This document shows, one piece after another, positions 7,997 to 18,084 of a DNA stretch of 64,000 nt. The position numbers and the translations under genes were made by a program. The stretch is taken from assembly GCA_014361295.1 (NCBI GenBank), contig JACIVX010000001.1, positions 1,522,359 through 1,586,358 of the forward strand, written 5' to 3'. The notes under the pieces were generated by a model, which saw only the letters and a list, made by a program, of their open reading frames with translations, was not told the DNA's origin and did not search any database. This DNA comes from Methanomassiliicoccales archaeon. Lineage in GTDB: Archaea; Thermoplasmatota; Thermoplasmata; Methanomassiliicoccales; JACIVX01. Numbering within the stretch: the stretch's first letter is position 1; each line of letters begins with the position of its first letter.

Positions 7997-8494
7997 TTAG
8001 TTTTTCTTGTGCCATTCTGTCTCTACGACTTTCACTTTGTCTATTCCAATAAGGTATTCTGGATTGGTAAGGTTGTCCTTGATTATTTGGTAATCGTGTT
8101 CTGTGAGCTTTCTGCAAGTTTTTCCTTGTAGGTAATTATACCATTTCTCGCTGTCTGGAAAAAGGTCAAATTTCACGGTTTTCGAAAGGACCAGCTTCTT
8201 AAAGTTGAGATAGTAACCTGATGGAGGCATTTCTGATGGCTTTATAGAGTAAACCATGATTTCGTTCCAAAAGGGATCCCTTTCAAGATGAGTTATATCT
8301 GAAGTGATCTCAAAAATTCCCACTACAACATTGTTTTTACTGGCATAATAAATGATTTTATCCCCCTTCCTAATTTCGGCGAATTGCTTAAACCGAGGTT
8401 CTCGCAGACCATGACTTTTAACTCTGCAACCTATCAAATCGCTATGTTGTGCATACGCTTTCAAATCATGAACTACAAACCAGTGATTCATCAT
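7997..8494 (-). CDS. EVE/PUA-like domain protein
   Basis: Track ORF 7997..8599; Met36 (8494) is preferred because the upstream 105 nt are A/T-rich and promoter-like. NHWFVVHDL...IRKGDKIIYYASKNNVVVGIFEITSDITHLERDPFW follows the EVE pattern (W-hydrophobic start, GD..hYhS, hhGhhEh, DP..W). Confidence 0.5.
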   Translation of the reverse strand: MMNHWFVVHDLKAYAQHSDLIGCRVKSHGLREPRFKQFAEIRKGDKIIYYASKNNVVVGIFEITSDITHLERDPFWNEIMVYSIKPSEMPPSGYYLNFKKLVLSKTVKFDLFPDSEKWYNYLQGKTCRKLTEHDYQIIKDNLTNPEYLIGIDKVKVVETEWHKKN

Positions 8495-8690
8495 TATTTC
8501 CCTACAAGGACTTGAGATTATGTAGTTTTTTCTTTTCTTAATTTTATTTTTAATCTTAAGTTCTGTGTTCCATATTTTGTTAAGATGAACCTCGTGCACT
8601 GCTGTTCCAGTAGATGGACATGAAAAGAGCGAAACGGGCTCGAAAAGATAAATTAATCCAGTTAGAAAAATGATATTCCAGACATGAAAG

Positions 8691-8783
8691 TGGGCTCACC
8701 CGGATTCGAACCGGGGAACTTCGCCGTTCTGACCTCCAAATGAGGATGTCAAGGCGACGTCATAACCACTAGACCATGAGCCC
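8691..8783 (-). tRNA. tRNA-Val(GAC) with a 20-nt intron at 37/38
   Basis: Revcomp folds as a cloverleaf: acceptor GGGCTCA/TGAGCCC, D arm GTCT-AGTGGTTA-TGAC, anticodon stem TCGCC/GGCGA, loop TTGACA[intron]C, T arm CCCGG-TTCGAAT-CCGGG, discriminator A. The intron forms TGAC/GTCA and CTC/GAG helices with 3-nt bulges (BHB-like). No encoded CCA. Confidence 0.9.
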
Positions 8784-9029
8784 TTTTGGCCTTCGAAAAT
8801 ACGCTTTCCTGTCTATATTCCTTTCGCTGTGGCAACGCTGAGTTTTCTAAATCAGATCGATATAAATCGACTCTCAAATTGCAACTTGAAATTAGCATGA
8901 TTCTTTCAGTTCACCAGAGAATGAAAGCCTCGAGCGAAACTCGAGCGAGATCGCTCGGTATGAGAAACGGAATTTTCGCTTTATCCGTAAGCTATTAATT
9001 CGCTAACACATTTCGGTTGCCCGATCAAA

Positions 9030-9278
9030 ATGCCAGAGATTTTACTCTTCACTAAACCGGGTTGCCAGAAATGTGAATTCGTGAAGGAAAGGATTCCGAG
9101 CGATTTGAACGTGAATATCATTGATACGTCATCGGCCGAAGGTCTCGCAGAAGCCGCTTACTTCGAAATTTTGAACAAGAATGTCCCGATTCTTGTTGTT
9201 GACGATGAGATCATCGAAGGCGCGATCCCGATTCTCAACAAACTCAATGCTTTAAAGCAAGAATTGAAGAAATCTTAA
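9030..9278 (+). CDS. glutaredoxin/thioredoxin-fold small protein
   Basis: 82 aa with an N-terminal redox motif, FTKPGCQKCEFVK (CxxC), and a typical glutaredoxin-like size. Confidence 0.6.
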   Translation: MPEILLFTKPGCQKCEFVKERIPSDLNVNIIDTSSAEGLAEAAYFEILNKNVPILVVDDEIIEGAIPILNKLNALKQELKKS

Positions 9279-11655
<2,377 letters not shown>

Positions 11656-11659
<4 letters not shown>

Positions 11660-12111
11660 TCAATCTGGAGTTCCGCCGTCTTCAGGGAATACGTCCAATC
11701 GGCGGGAATGACGCCCTGTCTTTTGTAGTATTTCACGAGTCTCCTGATTTTCGATTCAATCAGTTGGAGGCCTCTTTTCGCCGCAACATCTTTCTTGTTT
11801 TCGAGAAGGTGCATATCGACATTGATCGCCTTTCTCATTAAAGCGGCAAGATCTTCTGGAATTTCAGGTTTCAGCCCGTTCTCTCTCAATATCTGCGTGA
11901 TGCTCTTTCCTGTGGCGAGTTTGACGCTCGGTACTGCGTAATTGTCTCGAAGAACGAGACCGATTCTCGCACTCGTCAACCCATCCCTTCCAAGCTTTAC
12001 GACGAGCTTTTCAATTTCCTCTTTATTCAACGGAACCCACTCGGGATTCTTAGTGATGAGCGGTCTCTTTGAGCCTGACCTGCCTCTTCTCCTGGCATGA
12101 ATTCGAGCCAT
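11656..12111 (-). CDS. rps15: 30S ribosomal protein S15 (uS15, S13e type)
   Basis: [17 protein letters not shown]...[16 protein letters not shown] is a typical archaeal S15. Start moved to Met6 of track ORF 11656..12126. Confidence 0.9.
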
Positions 12112-12408
12112 TTCTATCCTCCGCACGATCCATCATGTCGAACGTGAAGCGGTCGCCAATTTGTATAATAGTATATAAGGTTGACCGTTGCTCTTTTTCA
12201 AAGTAATCCCGAATCAAATACAGTGTGTCTTTGTTAAAAGGCTGAATTTGATGATTTTTGCGTTTAGTGAGAATTGATTGGTTCGTGATCGGTTATGATG
12301 CATTGTAATTCACTGAAATCATTTTTATCCAGTTGCGTCTTATCGGGCTGCAACGGAGAATCATCAAATACATTTTTGGATTCGGTCGGCATGCAATGCC
12401 CCGTCATC

Positions 12409-12759
12409 CTACATTGAACAGGATTCGCTGAGGCTTCTGACTTTTTTCAAGACCTCCGCATATTCTTCCGCAGGGAATGAGAGCTCATCTGGCAAAGAGT
12501 CAAAAAAGCGCCAGCTCATCTCCGCATCGGCAACGCGCTTGCCGATTTTTCCAACAAAAATGGAATACAGTTCTGTGCGAATTTTGCATCGTGGAATGAA
12601 CTCGAATCCTACTTCTTCGACAAATTCACGAACGCACGCTTCCTCCTCTTCCTCATCCTCTTCCACTCTTCCGCCTGGAAATTCCCATCCTTTCCTTTTT
12701 GGATTATAAACCATGAGGAATTTTGAATTCTCGACAGCGACAGCAACAACGACACTCAT
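12409..12759 (-). CDS. NUDIX hydrolase
   Basis: Nudix box GGRVEEDEEEEEACVREFVEEVG (Gx5Ex7REUxEExGU). 4-nt overlap with the fibrillarin gene. Confidence 0.8.
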   Translation of the reverse strand: MSVVVAVAVENSKFLMVYNPKRKGWEFPGGRVEEDEEEEEACVREFVEEVGFEFIPRCKIRTELYSIFVGKIGKRVADAEMSWRFFDSLPDELSFPAEEYAEVLKKVRSLSESCSM

Positions 12760-13439
12760 TTTCCCTTCACCGCGATCATTGCGTGATCCTTTTCGATTGG
12801 ATCGAGGGCGATTACATCAGCAACCTCGTATCCCTCGCTTTCAAGCTTCCTGATGGACTCGCTGTAGATCTCTTTTGGATTCCTTGTGACATCTTCAGAC
12901 CTCGCTTTGATCGCGATCATCCCCGCTTTTGCATTGAATGCTCGCATATTTTTCACAAAAATTAAGGTCTGCTTCCGCTGCGCGATGTCTTGATAGACAA
13001 TATCTACCCTATCGATCATAGTCACGTAGTTTTCTGGTTTACTTGCATCTGCGAGCAGGGGAATCATATTCTTCCGACTTGAGCAGACGAAGAGCAAATC
13101 GCGGAAGGAGCGGGGAGATATTTCCACACAGTACACTTTTCCCTCAGTAACAATATCTGACACGTGTGAAGCAGTCGTCCCGCTCGCCGCCCCCAAATAG
13201 AGCACTCTCGTTGTCCTTTCAAAAGGAAAAAAGGTTCCGCCAAGCTTGAGGTAGGCAGCCAATTTGCTTCTACTGGCCACCCACTCCCTGTATTCCTCGT
13301 TATTAATGCGGATCAATCGTTCGCCGTAAACCCTGATTCCCGGCGTCAAATTCCTTGTATAAATTCTTTGAGAATCGCTGAAAACACCGGCAAATTTTGT
13401 TTCACGGATCGCGATGCCGGATTCCATGATTTTCGTCAC
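12756..13439 (-). CDS. flpA: fibrillarin-like rRNA/tRNA 2'-O-methyltransferase
   Basis: EEYREWVASRSKLAAYL, VLYLGAASGTTASHVSDIV and VDIVYQDIAQ are typical fibrillarin SAM-MTase motifs. 227 aa. Confidence 0.9.
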   Translation of the reverse strand: MTKIMESGIAIRETKFAGVFSDSQRIYTRNLTPGIRVYGERLIRINNEEYREWVASRSKLAAYLKLGGTFFPFERTTRVLYLGAASGTTASHVSDIVTEGKVYCVEISPRSFRDLLFVCSSRKNMIPLLADASKPENYVTMIDRVDIVYQDIAQRKQTLIFVKNMRAFNAKAGMIAIKARSEDVTRNPKEIYSESIRKLESEGYEVADVIALDPIEKDHAMIAVKGK

Positions 13440-13481
13440 GATATCGGCGCACTTAAATTCTGCTATGAGGTTATTTCATCG

Positions 13482-13937
13482 GTGTCAAAGGATCACGAAT
13501 CAGATAAAATCGAAGAGCTTACGCAGCGGATCAAGCAACTCGAGGAAACGCTCAGCGAAATCATTCAGCCTTATCGGGAACTTGTTGACAGACTTTCCCA
13601 TTTTCAAAATCTTGTGGTTCAGTATTTTCAATTGCTCAACATTTATCGAAAATTCGGAATGATTTCGATTGACGTGATTTTGCCAGAAATCAAAGATGAG
13701 ATTTCGAAAGAGATTTTGAGGATTCTTGCGGAAAAACAGGGTCTCAATGTCTCCCAGATCACAGCTGAACTTCGCATGAGAAGGGGAACGGCTTCGAGAA
13801 GGATTGTCAGCGGTCGACTTCAAACTCTGGTTTCAAGAGGTTATGTCACTGAAAAATCTCAGAGACGGCAGAAACGCTATGAAATTTCGGATGAAGTGAT
13901 CAAAAAGTGGTCACACGTGCTCGGTTTATCAAAATAA
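13482..13937 (+). CDS. winged-helix transcriptional regulator with N-terminal coiled-coil segment
   Basis: C-terminus ILRILAEKQGLNVSQITAELRMRRGTASRRIVSGRLQTLVSRGYVTE is wHTH-like. The track start 13368 would overlap the fibrillarin gene on the opposite strand, so in-frame GTG 13482 is used. Confidence 0.5.
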   Translation: MSKDHESDKIEELTQRIKQLEETLSEIIQPYRELVDRLSHFQNLVVQYFQLLNIYRKFGMISIDVILPEIKDEISKEILRILAEKQGLNVSQITAELRMRRGTASRRIVSGRLQTLVSRGYVTEKSQRRQKRYEISDEVIKKWSHVLGLSK

Positions 13938-14117
13938 TGTGATCAAGATAATACACAAGGAGAAGCAAAGATGAGGAGGTCGTCGATCAATGCAAATCGA
14001 TACAGTATTCGAATCCTTGTTTCAGCGAAAAAATCGACAGGGTTTTGAATGTGAAGGGGACAGCAAACGCGAATATCTTTGTCTTCGGGATGATTAGATA
14101 ACGAGGTAAACAGGAGA

Positions 14118-14480
14118 TTGAGTTGTATGGATGAAAGAAAACATGAGGAATTTGATGCAGAAAAGGTCCGTGAGATCTTCAGAGTCCTTTCAGAAAGCGT
14201 ACCGCAGCTTTTGGAAAAGTTGACGAAGGTTCTTTATGGAGCTGAGGAGAGCCGGGAATATGCAAAAGCGGTTGCGACATTCTACAAAGCGCTCAAAGAC
14301 GCGGGGATGACCGATCAGCAAGCGTTCGAATTGACGAGGGAATATATGTCTAATCTCAGTCTGAGCAGTCTGATCGGAAGTGCAGCGGGAAAGCGCACGG
14401 GGCGTGGCGCGGGCGGCGAGGAAAATCTCGGAAAGGCGATCAAGGAACAGATCGAGAAGGAGCTGCGAGATGAAGATTGA
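14118..14480 (+). CDS. hypothetical helical protein
   Basis: 120-aa ORF with charged helical composition and no motif recognised. Overlaps the next small ORF by 11 nt. Confidence 0.4.
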   Translation: MSCMDERKHEEFDAEKVREIFRVLSESVPQLLEKLTKVLYGAEESREYAKAVATFYKALKDAGMTDQQAFELTREYMSNLSLSSLIGSAAGKRTGRGAGGEENLGKAIKEQIEKELRDED

Positions 14481-14730
14481 AGAAATCACGCGAGCGGCGG
14501 ATCGCAGAGAATCAGTTTTCATCGTGGGTGTCGTATCCTCACCGCGATTTATCGTCAAACTCTTTCTTTCGTATTTTTCATTTTTAAAGATGCGGAAAAA
14601 GGCAGGAAGGGTTTTTTACAATACACTCAAGGAGGTTGGCATTTCAGAAAGAGAAGCGAGGTTGCTGATGCTTGAATATGTTGAGATGGTCGGATTGAAG
14701 CGCATTTTATCGATGATGCGACGTACCTGA
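14470..14730 (+). CDS. hypothetical small protein
   Basis: Met31 of track ORF 14380..14730 (MKIEEITRAADRR...). 86 aa, with one hydrophobic segment. Coupled to the preceding ORF. Confidence 0.35.
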   Translation: MKIEEITRAADRRESVFIVGVVSSPRFIVKLFLSYFSFLKMRKKAGRVFYNTLKEVGISEREARLLMLEYVEMVGLKRILSMMRRT

Positions 14731-14901
14731 CACTCTATTGTTCACTTTTTCCAGCGAATTCCTATCAATGGTTTTCGAAAACGATCATCCGATTGATTGA
14801 TCGGCGGTGATTACAATATTATTTTCCAGCTGGAATTATATTTGGATCATTTGGATCGATTCAATAAAGCTATAAGGATTTGATGACGTTCTCTGCGGAC
14901 G

Positions 14902-15675
14902 ATGCGCGAAATCCTTGAGAGCATTGCGCGAGAGGTCCGCTTTGATATCTCATCGCTTCCGTCGACATTCGAAAAGGGAAAGGAATTGGGAATCGGGGCG
15001 GATGGTACCCCGACTTGCGGTGTCGACAGGGTTGCTGAAGAAAGAATCCTGAGATGTGTCGATGAAATGAAACTTCCATTCAATGTGTTGAGCGAGGAAA
15101 TCGGATATATTGAAAGAGGGTACGAGCGGACCCTCGTGATCGATCCTATCGATGGCACGCACAACGCGATTCTGGGAATTCCACTCTACAGCGTGTCACT
15201 CGCGATTGGTAAGTCTTCTCTCAATGATGTTGAATTTGGACTCGTCAAGAATATCGTGACTGGTGATACATATTATGCGGAGAAGGGAAAGGGCGCGTTT
15301 TTGAATGGGAATAGGATCGTGGTTAGAAAATTCAATCGAAGGCAGTCAACATTCCTCGTTTATGTGGGCATGTATTCGCATCCCGATACGTTTCATGTCG
15401 CACGCAAATCAACGAAAACGCGTTCCCTTGGTTGCGCTTCGCTCGAAATGTGCATGGTCGCTGAGGGAAAGGTCGATGCTTATTACATGAATTGCGAGGT
15501 GCACGAAAAATCGATTCGGGTTATCGATATCGCGGCGAGTGCATTAATACTGAGGGAAGCAGGAGGGGAAATCGTGACGCTCAGCGGCGAACCCCTCGAT
15601 ATGCCATTCGATTTGGCGGCGAGAAGTAATTTCCTCGCCTACGGTGATCACTCGGTCAAAGAGGTGATTTTGTGA
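14902..15675 (+). CDS. inositol monophosphatase / FBPase family phosphatase (possible NADP phosphatase)
   Basis: Motifs LSEEIG, LVIDPIDGTHNA and GCASLEMCMVAEGKVDAYY. 4-nt overlap with the NAD kinase gene. Confidence 0.8.
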   Translation: MREILESIAREVRFDISSLPSTFEKGKELGIGADGTPTCGVDRVAEERILRCVDEMKLPFNVLSEEIGYIERGYERTLVIDPIDGTHNAILGIPLYSVSLAIGKSSLNDVEFGLVKNIVTGDTYYAEKGKGAFLNGNRIVVRKFNRRQSTFLVYVGMYSHPDTFHVARKSTKTRSLGCASLEMCMVAEGKVDAYYMNCEVHEKSIRVIDIAASALILREAGGEIVTLSGEPLDMPFDLAARSNFLAYGDHSVKEVIL

Positions 15676-16478
15676 AATTTGGAATTACTGCAAATGTTGA
15701 CGTTCCTGACGCGGTAAGCATTTGCAGAAAAGTCATTGATTTATTATCTGGACACGAGATTATTTTGGAAAAAGAAATTGCGCAGAAGCTGGGATATGAG
15801 GGATATCGTATTGAAGATATGAAGGTCGACATACTCATCACCGTCGGTGGCGACGGGACGATATTGCGCTCCCTGCAGCGCAACAACTCCCCGATTTTTG
15901 GGATCAATGCTGGTGTTCTCGGATTTCTGACAGAGATCAGCGCTGATGCTGTCGAAGATGGCATCAAAAGGATTCTCAACGGGGAGTACGTGATCGAAGA
16001 AAGGCTGAAACTCAAGACCGTCGTCGGCGGTAAGAGACTTTACGACTCGATGAATGAAACGGTCGTGCACACGGCGAACATCGCGAAGATCAGGCAGTTT
16101 GAAGTTTACGTGGACAACCAACTGGTCATCGACGTGAGGGCCGATGGCATCATCGTCGCAACGCCGACAGGTTCAACCTGTTACGCGATGAGCGTTGGAG
16201 CGCCGATCATCGATCCTCGCGTCGACGCTTTTGTCATCGCGCCAATGGCGCCTTTCAAGTTTGCAGCGAAACCGCTTGTCGTACCCTCGACCAGTTGCAT
16301 CAAGCTCAAGCTTGTCAGGCCGAAGCCCTGTGTGTGCGTCGTTGATGGGCAGGAGTCGCATGAGATGAGCGGCGACGAGATCGTCGAGTTGTCTGTTTCA
16401 GAAAAAAAGGCAAGATTTGTTGGCTTTGGTCGAGGTTTCTATTCGAAGATACGGGAGAAGCTTCTGGGCTCGTTATGA
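15672..16478 (+). CDS. nadK: NAD kinase
   Basis: Motifs ITVGGDGTILRS, NETVV and ATPTGSTCYAMSVGAPI. Confidence 0.9.
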   Translation: MKFGITANVDVPDAVSICRKVIDLLSGHEIILEKEIAQKLGYEGYRIEDMKVDILITVGGDGTILRSLQRNNSPIFGINAGVLGFLTEISADAVEDGIKRILNGEYVIEERLKLKTVVGGKRLYDSMNETVVHTANIAKIRQFEVYVDNQLVIDVRADGIIVATPTGSTCYAMSVGAPIIDPRVDAFVIAPMAPFKFAAKPLVVPSTSCIKLKLVRPKPCVCVVDGQESHEMSGDEIVELSVSEKKARFVGFGRGFYSKIREKLLGSL

Positions 16479-16861
16479 CTGGGGAACGGCGAAGGCGCGT
16501 GTGGGGGATTGAGGAAGCAGTTATCGAAACGATCAACGAAGCAGCGAAAAGCAGCTTTCCGAATGAATTCGTCGCAGCTCTGCGTGCCGAGAAGGGTGTG
16601 ATCACTGAGATTCTGCTTTTGCCCGGAACGATTTCAGGAGAACGATCTGGTCTTCTCCAATTACATATGCTTCCAATCGATTTTTCGGTTGTTGGAACGG
16701 TTCACTCGCATCCTTCATTCAGCAATGAACCGTCCGATGCGGATCTTGCACTGTTTGGTCGATTCGGGTATATTCATATCATCACTTGCGTGCCCTTTGA
16801 TGAGAAAAGCTGGAAGGCGTACGATTATAGAGGAAATGAGGTAGAACTCGAAGTCATTTAG
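16475..16861 (+). CDS. JAB1/MPN/Mov34 (JAMM) metalloprotease
   Basis: JAMM motif GTVHSHPSFSNEPSDADL (HxHx7Sx2D) with an upstream Glu. 128 aa. 4-nt overlap with nadK. Confidence 0.8.
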   Translation: MTGERRRRVWGIEEAVIETINEAAKSSFPNEFVAALRAEKGVITEILLLPGTISGERSGLLQLHMLPIDFSVVGTVHSHPSFSNEPSDADLALFGRFGYIHIITCVPFDEKSWKAYDYRGNEVELEVI

Positions 16862-18084
16862 AACACCTTGCTCCGTGGACCGATACTCCCTTTCGCGAGA
16901 GCACCAGGACCAATGACTGAAGACTCCCAGATCACCGTACCCGCGTCAATCATGCTGTTGATGCCAGTTTTCACGTCATCTCCCATAATCACACCGAGTT
17001 TTCTTCGACCCGAATCGATCAAAACACCGTTCATCGCGAGTTTGATCGACTTTCCGTCAAAACGAAGATTGGCCACTTTCGTCCCCGCACCGAGATTGCA
17101 CCGCTCCCCGATGATGCTGTCACCGACATAATTGTGATGTGCGATGTGTGTTTCTGCCATAATAATCGAGTTCTTTATTTCCACAGCGCTCCCGACCCTA
17201 ACGCCCCTGCCGAGACAAGTCGCGGGCCTGATGTAACAGTTCGGTCCGATGTCACATTCCTTCGAGATGAACACAGGCCCCTCGATATAACAGCCGCTTC
17301 TCACCCTCGCACCTTTTTCAACGACCACATCGCCGATCAATGTCGCACCATTCTCCACAACACCTTCGATTTGTCTTTTGATCTTACTCATCAGAATCTC
17401 GTTTGCTCGAAGAAGATCCCATGGTCTTCCAACATCGATCCAACCTTCTTTCAAAGGGTAAACGATCACGTCATGCGATGCGGCAATCATATTGAGGCTG
17501 TCGGTGATTTCATACTCCCCCCTCGGCGATCGGTTTGTCTTCCTGATCCATTCGAAAATTTCCGGCGTGAAGATAAACACACCAGCGTTGACAAGCTTCG
17601 ACGCTGGAACCTTTGGCTTTTCAACAATTCTCAGAAGTTTTTCTCCCGATGTCTCGATGACACCAAACCTCGACGGATCCTCGACCGTCACAGCTCCCAT
17701 GACAATCGATCCGTATTTGCGATGGATATCGATCATCTCTTTGAGGTCCGATGCGGAGACGACGATATCGCCGTTGACGCAGAGAAATGAATCTTTCATG
17801 ATGTTCTCAGCGATGCCGATTGCGTGCGCTGTGCCCATTCTCTCTTTCTGTTCAAGATATTCGATAATGACGCCTTCCTCTGAACCATCACGATAAAATT
17901 CCTTGATTCTGTTGCTCTTCCAGCCGACCAGAAGACTGATTTCTTTGATACCAGCGTCTTTCAAAGCGGTGATCAAATGACTGAGAAATGGTTTTCCAGC
18001 AACGAGGAGAAGCGGTTTCGGAATGTTTGATGTCAAAGGTCTGAGTCTTGTTCCCTCGCCTGCGGCTAAAATGAGCGCTTTCAT
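16858..18084 (-). CDS. bifunctional sugar-1-phosphate nucleotidylyltransferase/acetyltransferase (archaeal GlmU-like)
   Basis: Start moved to MKALILAAGEGTRLRPLT (Met42 of the track ORF), which gives a 4-nt overlap with glmM. The C-terminal half is left-handed beta-helix hexapeptide repeats. Confidence 0.8.
   Translation of the reverse strand: MKALILAAGEGTRLRPLTSNIPKPLLLVAGKPFLSHLITALKDAGIKEISLLVGWKSNRIKEFYRDGSEEGVIIEYLEQKERMGTAHAIGIAENIMKDSFLCVNGDIVVSASDLKEMIDIHRKYGSIVMGAVTVEDPSRFGVIETSGEKLLRIVEKPKVPASKLVNAGVFIFTPEIFEWIRKTNRSPRGEYEITDSLNMIAASHDVIVYPLKEGWIDVGRPWDLLRANEILMSKIKRQIEGVVENGATLIGDVVVEKGARVRSGCYIEGPVFISKECDIGPNCYIRPATCLGRGVRVGSAVEIKNSIIMAETHIAHHNYVGDSIIGERCNLGAGTKVANLRFDGKSIKLAMNGVLIDSGRRKLGVIMGDDVKTGINSMIDAGTVIWESSVIGPGALAKGSIGPRSKVF

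Noticed and set aside
4593-8690. Calling the patch next to tRNA-Val(GAC) a bona fide integrated mobile element
   Set aside because: No integrase, transposase or capsid gene was recognised. I also found no direct repeat of the tRNA 3' end by eye. It is reported only as an accessory-looking region.
13368-13481. Using the track start (13368) for the wHTH gene
   Set aside because: That start would overlap the 5' end of the fibrillarin gene on the opposite strand by about 70 nt. An in-frame GTG at 13482 lies just beyond it, though that start remains uncertain.
17134-17896. Plus-strand ORFs 17134..17790 and 17492..17896, and similar antisense ORFs inside smc, the histidine kinase, the DapA-Fae genes, nnr, the KaiC-like genes and the ABC genes
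   Set aside because: Each lies wholly inside a longer opposite-strand or other-frame ORF that carries diagnostic motifs. None has motifs of its own.
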